A stretch of 64,000 nt of DNA from an uncultured Gemmatimonadales bacterium. GTDB taxonomy: Bacteria > Gemmatimonadota > Gemmatimonadetes > Longimicrobiales > RSA9. The translations under genes were made by a program, and so were the position numbers. The stretch covers positions 416,001 to 480,000 of the forward strand of contig CAWCUS010000004.1 in assembly GCA_963798845.1 (NCBI GenBank). The letters are read 5' to 3'. Of the stretch, positions 42,513 through 52,036 are shown piece after piece. Under the pieces are notes generated by a model. That model was not told where the DNA came from. It ran no database searches and worked only from the letters and a program-made list of their open reading frames with translations. The stretch's first letter is position 1. The number at the start of each line of letters is the position of its first letter.

Positions 42513-42589
42513 CCCGGGGAGCCGGCCCGGGGAGCCGGCCCGGGGAGCAGGCCCGTGAGCCGGCCCGGGGAGCCGGCCCGGGGAGCGGG
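42513..42589. repeat. Tandem repeat, 6 copies of about 13 bp (CCCGGGGAGCCGG)
   Basis: Units start at 42513, 42526, 42539, 42552, 42564 and 42577; three perfect, three variant. Confidence 0.85.
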
Positions 42590-42636
42590 CGGGGGGCAGG
42601 CCCGCCCCTCCGGGCGGCCGGTCGCCATCGTCCGAA

Positions 42637-42746
42637 ATCTCTCCATCCGGAGAGATCGTGGCGGCGGCCAATCTATCGTAAAGCCAAGATATACAATAAG
42701 TTGTAGCGCTTCACTTGATGTAATGGATCTCTCCATGTGGAGCGAT
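42637..42746. promoter_or_regulatory. Two related 20-bp palindromes flanking an AT-rich core
   Basis: ATCTCTCC-ATCC-GGAGAGAT (42637-42656) and ATCTCTCC-ATGT-GGAGCGAT (42727-42746), 90 bp apart, with an AT-rich tract at about 42670-42726. Confidence 0.55.
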
Positions 42747-42751
42747 TCTCG

Positions 42752-42868
42752 ACGGCGAAGAACGACGCCGGCCACGGCGAAGAACGACGCCGGCCACGGC
42801 GAAGAACGACGCCGGCCACGGCGAAGAACGACGCCGGCCACGGCGAAGAACGACGCCGGCCACGGCGA
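42752..42868. repeat. Perfect tandem repeat, 5.3 copies of 22 bp (ACGGCGAAGAACGACGCCGGCC)
   Basis: Identical units at 42752, 42774, 42796, 42818 and 42840, plus a 7-bp partial unit; no spacers. Confidence 0.95.
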
Positions 42869-42907
42869 CGTTGTGACCGCGACGCGTACCTGGTTACCTT
42901 GCGCGCC

Positions 42908-43396
42908 ATGGCGATCAGACTCTTCGTGACCGGCGGCACGTTCGACAAGGAATACGACGAGATCCGGGGTCGGCTCTTCTTCCACGACACGCACCTCCCG
43001 GAGATGCTGCAGATGGGGCGGTGCAGGGTGGAGGTGGAGATCCGGACGCTCATGATGGTGGACTCGCTCGACATGTCCGAGAGCGACCGAGAGCTCATCG
43101 CCCGGCAGTGCCGCGACAGCCCTGAGGACCGGATCGTCGTCACCCACGGGACGGACACCATGGTGGACACTGCCGCCGTCCTGGCGCGCGCGGTGCCGGG
43201 CAAGACCATCGTCCTGACCGGCGCAATGATCCCGATCGCGTTCGGCAGCTCGGACGGCCTCTTCAACCTGGGCGGTGCGCTCACAGCCGTGCAGATCCTG
43301 CCGCCCGGCGTGTACGTGGTCATGAATGGGCGCGTGTTCGACTGGGACCGGGTGGGCAAGAACCGCCAGACCGGGATCTTCGAACGCGTCGACTGA
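42908..43396 (+). CDS. Stand-alone asparaginase N-terminal domain protein
   Basis: TGGT, DSLDM, THGTDTM and LTGAM motifs; only 162 aa. Confidence 0.88.
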   Translation: MAIRLFVTGGTFDKEYDEIRGRLFFHDTHLPEMLQMGRCRVEVEIRTLMMVDSLDMSESDRELIARQCRDSPEDRIVVTHGTDTMVDTAAVLARAVPGKTIVLTGAMIPIAFGSSDGLFNLGGALTAVQILPPGVYVVMNGRVFDWDRVGKNRQTGIFERVD

Positions 43397-43443
43397 TCGC
43401 CCGTCTTTCCCACACCGGCGACAGACGACATCGCTTCGCCGGC

Positions 43444-44463
43444 TCAACCCTGGTTTTCGTGGAGCCGCGGGGCGAGGACGCGCCACGCCACGAGCGCGGG
43501 GATGCTGAGCGCAATCTCCCGGAGGCGCTTCACGAGGGATACGGCAACGCCGGTCGCGGCGGCCAGCCCGACGAGCCGTGCGCCGAGGAGGTAGCCGCCC
43601 TCTTCCGCCCCCATGCCGCCGGGGATCATGAAGCCGGCGTTCGCGGCCGCCTGCCCGACGCTCTCCATGGCCACGAGGGCGGCGGGGGCCAGCACGTGGC
43701 CCGTAACGTAGAGGATGAGTCCGATCTCCACCGCCCCGAACGCCCAGGCGAGAAAGCTCCAGAAGGCGCTGAACGCCAGCGGCGTCCGCTTCTGGTAGAT
43801 CTCGGAGAAGCAGGCGTCCACGCGGGCGAGGTTGCCTGACAGCCGGAGGAGCGCGTCTCGCTCCGTCGCCTCCTCCACCTTCCGCGCCAGCCGTATCAGG
43901 AGCCCGCTGCGCTGCACGACGTAGAAGACGCCGAACGCCGCGGCCAGGCCCGCGCCGGCGGCTTCGAGGCCCGCGGCCGGCGCGCCCTCCTCCAGCACGA
44001 GCAGCGCCACGCCGATCGCGATGAAGCCCACGAGCGTGAACAGCCGGATCGTCATCTCCACGACGATGACGGCGCTGGCCACCGCGCCGTCGATCCCCTG
44101 CGCGGCCTGCAGGTCCGCGCGCACGAACGCGCCGCCGATTCCGGCCACCGGGAGCAGCGAATCGACCGAGTCGCTGAGCCAGCGCAGCGCGAACAGCTCG
44201 CGGAAGGGACGTCGCACACCCTGCGCTCGCAGGAGGGTGCCCCAGGAAGCGGTCTTGAGCGCGTACTCCAGCGGATGCAGCGCCGCGATCGGGATCAGCC
44301 ACAGCCCGGCCCCGAGAACGAGCCTGAGCACGGCGGTCGTGTTCGCCAGCAGTACGAGGGCGACGAGAGCGAACGCCCCCGTCAGGAACAGGACGGCCGT
44401 CGAGATCCTCAGCTTCAGCGCGACCCGGGGTACCTCCGATTCCGGCCCTGTGACTGCCTCCAT
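43444..44463 (-). CDS. Lysylphosphatidylglycerol-synthase-like TM (flippase-like, HpnL-like) protein
   Basis: Multi-TM; RWLSDSVDSLLPVAGIGG, IPGGMGAEEGG, KRLRE; divergent from shc. Confidence 0.75.
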   Translation of the reverse strand: MEAVTGPESEVPRVALKLRISTAVLFLTGAFALVALVLLANTTAVLRLVLGAGLWLIPIAALHPLEYALKTASWGTLLRAQGVRRPFRELFALRWLSDSVDSLLPVAGIGGAFVRADLQAAQGIDGAVASAVIVVEMTIRLFTLVGFIAIGVALLVLEEGAPAAGLEAAGAGLAAAFGVFYVVQRSGLLIRLARKVEEATERDALLRLSGNLARVDACFSEIYQKRTPLAFSAFWSFLAWAFGAVEIGLILYVTGHVLAPAALVAMESVGQAAANAGFMIPGGMGAEEGGYLLGARLVGLAAATGVAVSLVKRLREIALSIPALVAWRVLAPRLHENQG

Positions 44464-44852
44464 GAACTGGTTCAGGAGGCAACAGCCGTTCCACGATCGC
44501 AGCAGCGGGCTTCCGCCTTTCGCGTGCGGCTCGAATCGGCGGCGAGGCGTGTAGCTGTGGCCGGGACCGTGTGGTGAGGGTCTGGCGTATGGTTTGCATT
44601 GACTCCGGCCGCACAAGGAGAGTAGCCGCTGCAGCATACGGGTGAGTCCCTGCTGCTGCTGCTGCTGCGAAAGCACCCGCCGAGCGGCGGCGCGCGCAAC
44701 GGCCCGAATGGGGCCGTGAAGCGACGTCCGGAGCCGGTGCCTGGCGTCCGGGACACGTTGCCCGGACGCTTCGTATTTCGGGGGCTGCTGCACGATCGGG
44801 CTCGCGGCTCCCGAGACAGGCGAGCCGGGATCTGGACGAGGAAGGAGGATCG

Positions 44853-46910
44853 ATGGCATCACGCCATGTGCACAGGTCGCGACCCGGCACGCCGCCGGGA
44901 ATCCGGTGGAATCGCCCGTCGGTCGCTCCGCCGGCGGGACCCGGCGCCGTGTTTCCGTCAGTGCAGCGGTCGGTGCTTCGAGCGCGCGACAACGTCTTGC
45001 GCCAGCAGCGGTCCGACGGCCACTGGTGCGGGATCCTGGAGGGCGACAGCATCCTCGAGTCCGAGTACGTCCTGCTTCAGCACTTCCTGGGGCGGGGAGA
45101 CGGGATGAAGGCGCGCAAGGCCACGCGCCGGCTGCGCTCGCTCCAGACCGCCGATGGCGGTTGGTCAATGTACCCGGGCGGGCCACCGGACGTGAGCGCG
45201 TCCATCAAGGCGTACTTCGTCCTCAAGCTCCAGGGCGACGACCCCGAAGCGGCGCACATGCGCCGGGCCCGACAGGTCATCCGGGCGCTCGGCGGGCTGC
45301 CGGCCGCCAACACCTACACGCGCGTCTATCTCGCCCTGTTCGGGCAGTGGGAGTGGGAGCGCTGCCCCGCCATCCCGCCCGAGATGCTGCTCCTCCCCCG
45401 CTGGTTCCCATTCCACGTCGACCGGATGTCGTCGTGGAGCCGCGCGATATTCGTCCCGCTCTCCGTCCTCTGGGCGCTCCGGCCGCGGGTCGACATCGCG
45501 CCGGCCGCGGGGCTCGGCGAGCTGCGGCCGGCCGAAGAGCGCGCGATGCTCGAGCGGCTCGCCGCGCACCCGGACGACCCCGATGGCGATGACGCGGACG
45601 TGGACATCGACGCCGAGCTCGGCCTGGGCGCCCTCGCATGGGGCGCCTTCTTTCGCACTGCCGATGCCGGGCTGCGGCACATCGAGCGGGTGCGCGTGAC
45701 CCCGCTGCGACGCCGCGCTCTCGAGGCGGCGGAAGCCTGGATCCTCGAGCGCATCGACAGCACCGACGGCCTGGGTGCCGTCTTCCCGTCCATCGCCAAC
45801 GCGATCATGGCGCTGCGCTGTCTCGGCTACGAGCAGGACCACCCAGCGCTCGCGTCCCAGCAGCGCGCGATGGAGAAGCTGGAGGTGGACCATGGGGACA
45901 CCCTCCAGATCCAGCCGTCGCTGTCACCGGTCTGGGATACCGCGCAGGCCATGGCCGCCCTCGCGGCTGCCGGCGTCCCGCCCGAACACCCCGCCCTCCT
46001 CCTGGCCAGCGAATGGCTCCTGGACCGCGAGGTCACCGCCGCGGGCGACTGGCGGTGCGGCAATCCGGACGGACCCGTCGGCGGCTGGTATTTCGAATAC
46101 GCCAACGAGTTCTACCCGGACTGCGACGACACCGCCGAGGTCCTCGAGGCCCTCCGCCCCCTCGCCGAGTCCGGCGCCGGCGACACCGCGCGGATCGAGG
46201 CCGCGCGTGACCGCGGACTGGAATGGCTGCTGTCCATGCAGAACGAGGACGGCGGCTGGAGCGCGTTCGATCGGGGCTGCGATTTCCGTCCCCTGATCCA
46301 TGTCCCCTTCGCCGACCACAACGCCATGCTGGATCCCAGCTCCGTGGACATCACGGGCCGGATCGTCGACATGCTGGTATCCGATGGGATGGACCCGACG
46401 CATCCCGTCATCAGGCGGGCGGTCGGCTTCATCCGCGCGCGCCAGGACGAGGACGGCACGTGGTACGGGCGCTGGGGATGCAACCGCATCTACGGCAGCT
46501 GGCTTGCCCTCACCGGCCTCGCGGCCGCCGGTGAGGACACGGAAGGAGAACCGGTGGCGCGCTGCGTGCGCTGGCTGCGGGATCACCAGAACGAGGATGG
46601 CGGGTGGGGCGAGACACCTACCTCCTATTGGGATCGGAGCAGCCGGGGCGTGGGCCCCAGCACGGCCGCCCAGACCGCGTGGGCGCTGCTCGCGCTCCAC
46701 GCCGCCGGAGACCCCGGCTCTCCGGCCGTGCGCGCCGGGATCGCCTACCTGCTGCGCACGCAGCGGGCGGACGGGTCCTGGCACGACGAGTCGTGGACGG
46801 CAACCGGGTTCCCGAAGGTCTTCTTCCTCCAGTATCACATGTACGACGACTACTTCCCCCTGCTGGCGCTCGCCCGGTGGGCATCTGCTGAACGCGAGGA
46901 GTACCGATGA
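44853..46910 (+). CDS. shc: Squalene-hopene cyclase
   Basis: Catalytic DCDD (YPDCDDTAEV), SPVWDT, QW repeats (QRSDGHW, QNEDGGW, QDEDGTW), WYGRWG, GFPKVF; AGGAGG RBS. Confidence 0.96.
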   Translation: MASRHVHRSRPGTPPGIRWNRPSVAPPAGPGAVFPSVQRSVLRARDNVLRQQRSDGHWCGILEGDSILESEYVLLQHFLGRGDGMKARKATRRLRSLQTADGGWSMYPGGPPDVSASIKAYFVLKLQGDDPEAAHMRRARQVIRALGGLPAANTYTRVYLALFGQWEWERCPAIPPEMLLLPRWFPFHVDRMSSWSRAIFVPLSVLWALRPRVDIAPAAGLGELRPAEERAMLERLAAHPDDPDGDDADVDIDAELGLGALAWGAFFRTADAGLRHIERVRVTPLRRRALEAAEAWILERIDSTDGLGAVFPSIANAIMALRCLGYEQDHPALASQQRAMEKLEVDHGDTLQIQPSLSPVWDTAQAMAALAAAGVPPEHPALLLASEWLLDREVTAAGDWRCGNPDGPVGGWYFEYANEFYPDCDDTAEVLEALRPLAESGAGDTARIEAARDRGLEWLLSMQNEDGGWSAFDRGCDFRPLIHVPFADHNAMLDPSSVDITGRIVDMLVSDGMDPTHPVIRRAVGFIRARQDEDGTWYGRWGCNRIYGSWLALTGLAAAGEDTEGEPVARCVRWLRDHQNEDGGWGETPTSYWDRSSRGVGPSTAAQTAWALLALHAAGDPGSPAVRAGIAYLLRTQRADGSWHDESWTATGFPKVFFLQYHMYDDYFPLLALARWASAEREEYR

Positions 46911-47911
46911 TGCGATTTCCGCCCCATATCGTCACCGACAACATCCGGCACCAGGTGTCGAACGCCATGAAGGGGAACAGGCGCTATCCGTCTGTCCTGA
47001 TGCTGGAGCCGCTGTACACGTGCAACCTGGCGTGCGTCGGCTGCGCGCTGGAGCGGCACACGGGTAAGCTCTCGGATCGTGTGTCGGTGGAGCGCGCCCT
47101 CGGAGCCGTCGAGGACTCCGGCGCCCCTGCTGTGTCCATCTGCGGTGGCGAGCCCACGATCTACCCGGAGCTGCCGGAGCTGGTGCAGGGCATCATCGAT
47201 CGCAAGCGGCACATCTACCTGTGCACGAACGCCCTCATGCTGGACCGCCGCGTGTTCGACGTCATCCCGCCGCACAAGCGTCTGAGCATCAACATCCACC
47301 TCGATGGGATGCGAGACACGCACGATTTCGTGACGGACCGTGCCGGGGTGTTCGACAAGGCAGTCGAGATGATCAGGGAGTCCAAGGCGCGCGGCTATCA
47401 CACCCTCACGAACACCACGATCTACAAGCAGACGGACGTGGAGGAGGTGGAGGAGCTCTGTCAGCTGTGTGCCGGCCTCGGCGTCGACGGGATGATGATC
47501 GCGCCAGGCTACCACTACGAGTCCGTGGAGCGGGACGTGTTCATGGTGCGCCAGGAGATCGAGGACAAGTTCAAGCGCGTGCGCGAGTTCGCGGACCGCT
47601 ACCCGATCACGTCCACGCCCATGTTCCTCGAGTTCGCCGCGGGGCTGCGCGAGCTCGACTGCTCCCCCTGGAGCACCGTGACGTACACGCCGCGCGGGTG
47701 GAAGGGCCCCTGCTATCTCATCGGCGAGCGCTACTACGACGACTGGGAAGAGTTCTGGAACACCACCGACTGGCAGTACTGGGAATCCCGCCAGGATCAT
47801 CGCTGCCAGAACTGCAAGATGCACTCGGGGTTCGAGGCATCCGCCGTGCGTGAGGTGGCGAAGAGCCCGCGACACATGGCGAAGATGGCGCTCTGGCAGA
47901 TCTCGGCGTGA
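46907..47911 (+). CDS. hpnH: Adenosyl-hopene transferase (radical SAM)
   Basis: VLMLEPLYTCNLACVGC, GGEP, YLCTNA, RCQNCKMHSGFE; coupled to shc. Confidence 0.9.
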   Translation: MMRFPPHIVTDNIRHQVSNAMKGNRRYPSVLMLEPLYTCNLACVGCALERHTGKLSDRVSVERALGAVEDSGAPAVSICGGEPTIYPELPELVQGIIDRKRHIYLCTNALMLDRRVFDVIPPHKRLSINIHLDGMRDTHDFVTDRAGVFDKAVEMIRESKARGYHTLTNTTIYKQTDVEEVEELCQLCAGLGVDGMMIAPGYHYESVERDVFMVRQEIEDKFKRVREFADRYPITSTPMFLEFAAGLRELDCSPWSTVTYTPRGWKGPCYLIGERYYDDWEEFWNTTDWQYWESRQDHRCQNCKMHSGFEASAVREVAKSPRHMAKMALWQISA

Positions 47912-47917
47912 CTTCCC

Positions 47918-48913
47918 GTGCCCCCCTCCGTCCTGGTCACCGGCGCGACGGGATTCATCGGGTCCCACGTGGTCCGGGCGCTGATCCGGCGGGGCGACGT
48001 CGTCCGCTGCCTCGTCCGGCCGGACAGCAGCCGCGTCGCCCTGGATGGACTGTCGGTGGACCTCGTCGAGGGGGACCTGACGCGCCCGGCCACGCTGCGG
48101 CCGGCCGTGCGCGGCGTCCGGACGGTCTTCCACTGCGCCGCCGATTATCGCTTCGGCGCCCATCTCGCCGACACGATCTTCCGCACCAACGTGGAAGGGA
48201 CGCGGGCGATTCTGGAGGCGGCTGCGGAGGCCGGAGTGGGGCGCGTGGTCCACACGAGCTCCGTGGGCGCGCTCGCCGGCGGGCGGACGCGGTCCACGCC
48301 CGCAGACGAGATGTCGCTCCCGGACGTGGACGAGCTCGTGGGCGCCTACAAGCGAAGCAAGTACGAGGCGGAGCGCGTGGCCGAGGAATGGCACCGGCGC
48401 GGCCTGCCGGTCGTGATCGTGTCCCCGTCCACGCCCATCGGCGAGTGGGATGCCAAGCCGACGCCCACCGGCCAGATGATCGTGGACGTCCTGAACGGCA
48501 GGATCCCGGCGTACGTGGAGGGCGGGCTCAACATCGTGGACGTGCGCGACGTGGCCGAGGGACACCTTCTCGCCGAGTCCCGCGGTCAGCCCGGCGAGCG
48601 CTACATCCTCGGAGGTCGCAACGTCACCTTCCGGGAGTTGTTCGAGATGATCGCCCGCGCGGCGGGGCTCGCGCCCCCACGACTGCGTGTCCCGCGCTGG
48701 CTCCCGCTCGTTGCCGCGCACGCCGAGAGCGCGCTGGCGCGCGTCCGCGGCCGAGCCCCGCGGCTCACGCCGGAAGCCGTGCGCATGTCGGCACTGCCCA
48801 TGTACTTCGACCCCGGACGCGCGATCCGGGAGCTGGGCCTTCCACAGCGCCCGGTGGAGGACGCCATCGCCCGCGCGGTGCGCTGGTTCCGGGACCGGGG
48901 GTACGCGCCTTGA
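47918..48913 (+). CDS. hpnA: Hopanoid-associated NAD-dependent epimerase/dehydratase
   Basis: TGATGFIG, HCAADYR, YKRSK, PSTPIG..DAKPTPTG. Confidence 0.88.
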   Translation: MPPSVLVTGATGFIGSHVVRALIRRGDVVRCLVRPDSSRVALDGLSVDLVEGDLTRPATLRPAVRGVRTVFHCAADYRFGAHLADTIFRTNVEGTRAILEAAAEAGVGRVVHTSSVGALAGGRTRSTPADEMSLPDVDELVGAYKRSKYEAERVAEEWHRRGLPVVIVSPSTPIGEWDAKPTPTGQMIVDVLNGRIPAYVEGGLNIVDVRDVAEGHLLAESRGQPGERYILGGRNVTFRELFEMIARAAGLAPPRLRVPRWLPLVAAHAESALARVRGRAPRLTPEAVRMSALPMYFDPGRAIRELGLPQRPVEDAIARAVRWFRDRGYAP

Positions 48914-49644
48914 CCAGCGCTGCCGTCCTCGTCGTGACCGCGCTGCCGGAAGAGACGCGGCCGGTGCGCCGGGCCCTTCGAGGCCGACGCGACGTCGTCG
49001 TCGCCACCACCGGCGATGGCGCCGAGCGCGCCCGCGCGGCCACGCGCGACCTCCTCGCCGAGCACCGCCCCCGGCTGCTGGTCGTGGCCGGGCTCGCCGG
49101 CTCCCTCACCTCTGGCGCCGCCCCGGGGGACGTGCGCCTGGCACGAGAGGTCCGCGACGAAGTCGGGCGCGTGCGTCACCCGGATGCGCTCCTGCTGGAG
49201 CGCGCTCGCGAGGCCGGCGTGGCGGAGGACGTGCTGGTCAGCGCCAGGAGCCTTGCGCGCACGCCCGAAGAGAGGGACCGTACGCGGCGACTCGCGCGCG
49301 TCCTCGTGCCCGGAACGGGCCTGGTCGACCTGGAGACGGCGGCGTGTGTGGACACGGCGGTGGAGGCCGGTGTAGCATGGCTCGCCGTGCGCGCCGTGAG
49401 CGACGGCCCGGACGACCTCCTCCCCGCTTGGCTGGAGGAAGCCCGTGATGCGCGGGGGTCGATCTCCCGCGGCGCCATCATCGGCGGCGCCGTGTTGCGC
49501 CCGGGGCGGATCCCCGCGCTCATCGCCCTCGGCCGCCGCGCCCGGCGCGCGGGCCGTGCGCTCGGGGACGCCGTGGCTTCCATCGTGATGGCGGCCGTCC
49601 CCGCCGTGGAGTCTGGGCAACGAAGGATCGGAAACAGAGCATGA
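48910..49644 (+). CDS. hpnG: Hopanoid-associated nucleoside phosphorylase (HpnG-like)
   Basis: TTG start overlaps the hpnA stop; VVTALPEE, GLAG, VDLETAA, VRAVSD PNP/UDP-fold motifs. Confidence 0.75.
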   Translation: MTSAAVLVVTALPEETRPVRRALRGRRDVVVATTGDGAERARAATRDLLAEHRPRLLVVAGLAGSLTSGAAPGDVRLAREVRDEVGRVRHPDALLLERAREAGVAEDVLVSARSLARTPEERDRTRRLARVLVPGTGLVDLETAACVDTAVEAGVAWLAVRAVSDGPDDLLPAWLEEARDARGSISRGAIIGGAVLRPGRIPALIALGRRARRAGRALGDAVASIVMAAVPAVESGQRRIGNRA

Positions 49645-50678
49645 GCACCGTGGAGAACGAATTCCAGGCCGCGACCTCGCAGCGGAAGGCGGAGCATATC
49701 CGGCTTGCCATGGACGCGCGCAACCAGCTCGAGGCCCACTATTTCGACCAGTGGCGCCTGGAGCACGATGCGTTGCCGGAGCTGGCGCTGGAGGAGATCG
49801 ACACCCGCGTCTCGTTCCTGGGCCGGTCGATGAAGGCGCCGCTCGTGATCTCGTGCATGACGGGCGGCACCGCGGAGGCCGGGACCATCAACCGGAACCT
49901 GGCGGCGGCGGCCCGGGCGAGCGGGGTTGCGCTCGGCGTGGGGTCGCAGCGCGCGGCGGTGGAGGACCCGTCGCTCGCCTGGACGTTCCAGGTGCGCGAC
50001 GTGGCGCCCGACGTTCCGCTTCTGGCGAACCTGGGCGCCGTTCAGCTCAACCACGGCTTCGGTCTGGACGAGTGCCGCGCGGCGGTGGACATGATCGGCG
50101 CGGATGCCCTCGTGCTCCACCTCAACGTGCTCCAGGAAGCGATCCAGCCGGAGGGAGACACGGACTTCCGGGGCCTGATCGAGCGGATCGGCGCCGTGGC
50201 CGATGGCCTGGACGTCCCGGTCATCGTGAAGGAGATCGGCTGTGGCATCTCCGGCGCCGTGGCCACTCGCCTCCAGCGCGTCGGCGTCCGCATGGTCGAC
50301 GTGGCAGGCGTCGGGGGGACCAGCTGGGCGCGCATCGAGAGCCGTCGCGCCCCGGACGCCGAGCTTGGCGAGCGCTTCGCCGGGTGGGGGATTCCCACGC
50401 CGGAAGCGATCCTCCAGGTCGCAGCGATCGAGGGTTTGACGGTCATCGGCAGCGGCGGGATCCGGACCGGGATCGACGTGGCCAAGGCCGTGGCGCTCGG
50501 CGCGACGCTGGCCGGGCTGGCCCAGCCGTTCCTCGCCCCGGCGAGGGAGTCGGCGGCAGCCGTGGAGGATCGCGTCGGCCGCATAGTACGGGAGTTGCGC
50601 GTGGCCATGCTTTGCAGCGGCGCTGGAGATCTGGGCGCGCTGAGCCGAATCGCCATCCGGAAGGAAGTGCAGCCATGA
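49641..50678 (+). CDS. fni: Type 2 isopentenyl-diphosphate isomerase
   Basis: RKAEHI, MTGG, GSQRAA, HLNVLQEAIQPEGD, VKEIGCG, GGTSW, SGGIR. Confidence 0.95.
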   Translation: MSTVENEFQAATSQRKAEHIRLAMDARNQLEAHYFDQWRLEHDALPELALEEIDTRVSFLGRSMKAPLVISCMTGGTAEAGTINRNLAAAARASGVALGVGSQRAAVEDPSLAWTFQVRDVAPDVPLLANLGAVQLNHGFGLDECRAAVDMIGADALVLHLNVLQEAIQPEGDTDFRGLIERIGAVADGLDVPVIVKEIGCGISGAVATRLQRVGVRMVDVAGVGGTSWARIESRRAPDAELGERFAGWGIPTPEAILQVAAIEGLTVIGSGGIRTGIDVAKAVALGATLAGLAQPFLAPARESAAAVEDRVGRIVRELRVAMLCSGAGDLGALSRIAIRKEVQP

Positions 50679-52036
50679 AGAGAAGCACCGTGACCACCAC
50701 CTCGCCCCAGGTGCACCTGCGGAACGGCAACGGGAACGGCCACCATAACGGCAACGGCCATCATCCCGCCGGCCAGCAGATCGCGGACGACGCGCTCGTG
50801 CACGACATGGCCACGGGGAAGCGGGCCCTGCACCGGATTCCGGACAGCATCGACGCCGGTCGGGCCGCGGAGCTTCGGCGCCGCGCCCTGGCGCGGATCA
50901 CCGGTGTGGAGCTGGCACACACCGGCCACTACAGCCTCGATGCCGAGCGTGCGGCGCGCTACAACTGCGAGAACTTCGTGGGTGTTGCGCAGGTCCCCGT
51001 GGGCGTGGTCGGGCCGCTTCCCGTGCGAGGCCGCAGCGAGCCGCTGTTCGTCCCGCTCGCCACCACCGAGGGCGCGCTCCTCGCCAGCACCAACCGCGGG
51101 TGCGCCGCCATCAGCGCCGCTGGCGGCGCCACCGTGGACGTGGAGGACGTCGGAATGACCCGCGCACCGGTGTTCCGGACCACGGGCATCGAGCACACCC
51201 GCAGGGTGGAGGCGTGGGTGGCGTCTCACCTGGAGGAAATGCGGGCCGTGGCCGCGCGAGACAGCCGCTTCATCCAGCTGCTGGACGTCCGCTCCCAGGC
51301 CGTCGGCACCTCGCTCTACCTGCGCTTCCGGTTCTCCACTGCGGACGCCATGGGCATGAACATGGCCACGATCGCCACCGACCGGATCGTAACCGAGCTC
51401 ATCGAGCCGGCCACCGGCGCCGACTGCGTTTCCCTGTCCGGCAACTACGGCGTGGACAAGAAGCCGTCCGCCATCAACGCGCGGGAGGGGAGGGGAAAGC
51501 GGATCTTCGCCGAGGTCGTGCTCAGCGGAGAGATCCTCGAGCGCTACCTGAAGACCAGTGCCGCCCCGCTGGTCGAGGTCCAGTACAGGAAGAACCTCCT
51601 CGGCTCGGCCGTGGCGGGGTCGCTCGGCTTCAATGCCCACTACGCCAATCTCGCGGCCGCGCTCTTCATCGCCACCGGGCAGGACCCGGCGCAGGTCGCC
51701 GAGGCGGCGCTGGGCACCACGTGCATCGAGCGCCGCGGCGAGGACGGCGTCTACTTCTCCATCTGCATGCCCAATGCGCCCGTGGGCGTCGTGGGGGGCG
51801 GCACCGGCCTGGCCACGCAGCGGGAGGCGCTCGCCCTCATGGGCGCGCTCCCGGACCCCGACAACCCGGGACAGGGAGCGATCCGCCTGGCAGAGGCGCT
51901 GGGCGCCACCGTCCTCGCGGGCGAGCTCTCCCTTCTGGCCGCCCTCACCTCTCGCGACCTGGCACGCGCCCACGAGAGGCTGGGCCGGGCCGGCACCGCC
52001 GCCGAGGTCGCCGAGGTCGTCGAGGCGAGGGAATGA
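50675..52036 (+). CDS. hmgA: HMG-CoA reductase, class I (NADPH)
   Basis: CENFVG, PLATTEGALLAS, DAMGMNM, SLSGNYGVDKK, GQDPAQ, LAGELSL; ATG overlaps the fni stop. Confidence 0.93.
   Translation: MKRSTVTTTSPQVHLRNGNGNGHHNGNGHHPAGQQIADDALVHDMATGKRALHRIPDSIDAGRAAELRRRALARITGVELAHTGHYSLDAERAARYNCENFVGVAQVPVGVVGPLPVRGRSEPLFVPLATTEGALLASTNRGCAAISAAGGATVDVEDVGMTRAPVFRTTGIEHTRRVEAWVASHLEEMRAVAARDSRFIQLLDVRSQAVGTSLYLRFRFSTADAMGMNMATIATDRIVTELIEPATGADCVSLSGNYGVDKKPSAINAREGRGKRIFAEVVLSGEILERYLKTSAAPLVEVQYRKNLLGSAVAGSLGFNAHYANLAAALFIATGQDPAQVAEAALGTTCIERRGEDGVYFSICMPNAPVGVVGGGTGLATQREALALMGALPDPDNPGQGAIRLAEALGATVLAGELSLLAALTSRDLARAHERLGRAGTAAEVAEVVEARE

Noticed and set aside
42680..42706. dif/Xer site in the AT-rich tract (central TATACA)
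   Set aside because: The arms match the XerD consensus at only about 6 of 11 positions, and the XerC arm poorly.
42752..42868. 22-bp repeats as a CRISPR array
   Set aside because: The units are head-to-tail with no spacers, and there are no cas genes in the window.
42737..42907. Repeat-encoded N-terminal extension of the asparaginase-domain protein
   Set aside because: A 22-bp unit is not a codon multiple, and the domain begins naturally at ATG 42908.
44610..44630. yybP-ykoY or glycine riboswitch (AAGGAGAGTAGC)
   Set aside because: Only a short 5' resemblance; the downstream conserved elements of these families are not present.
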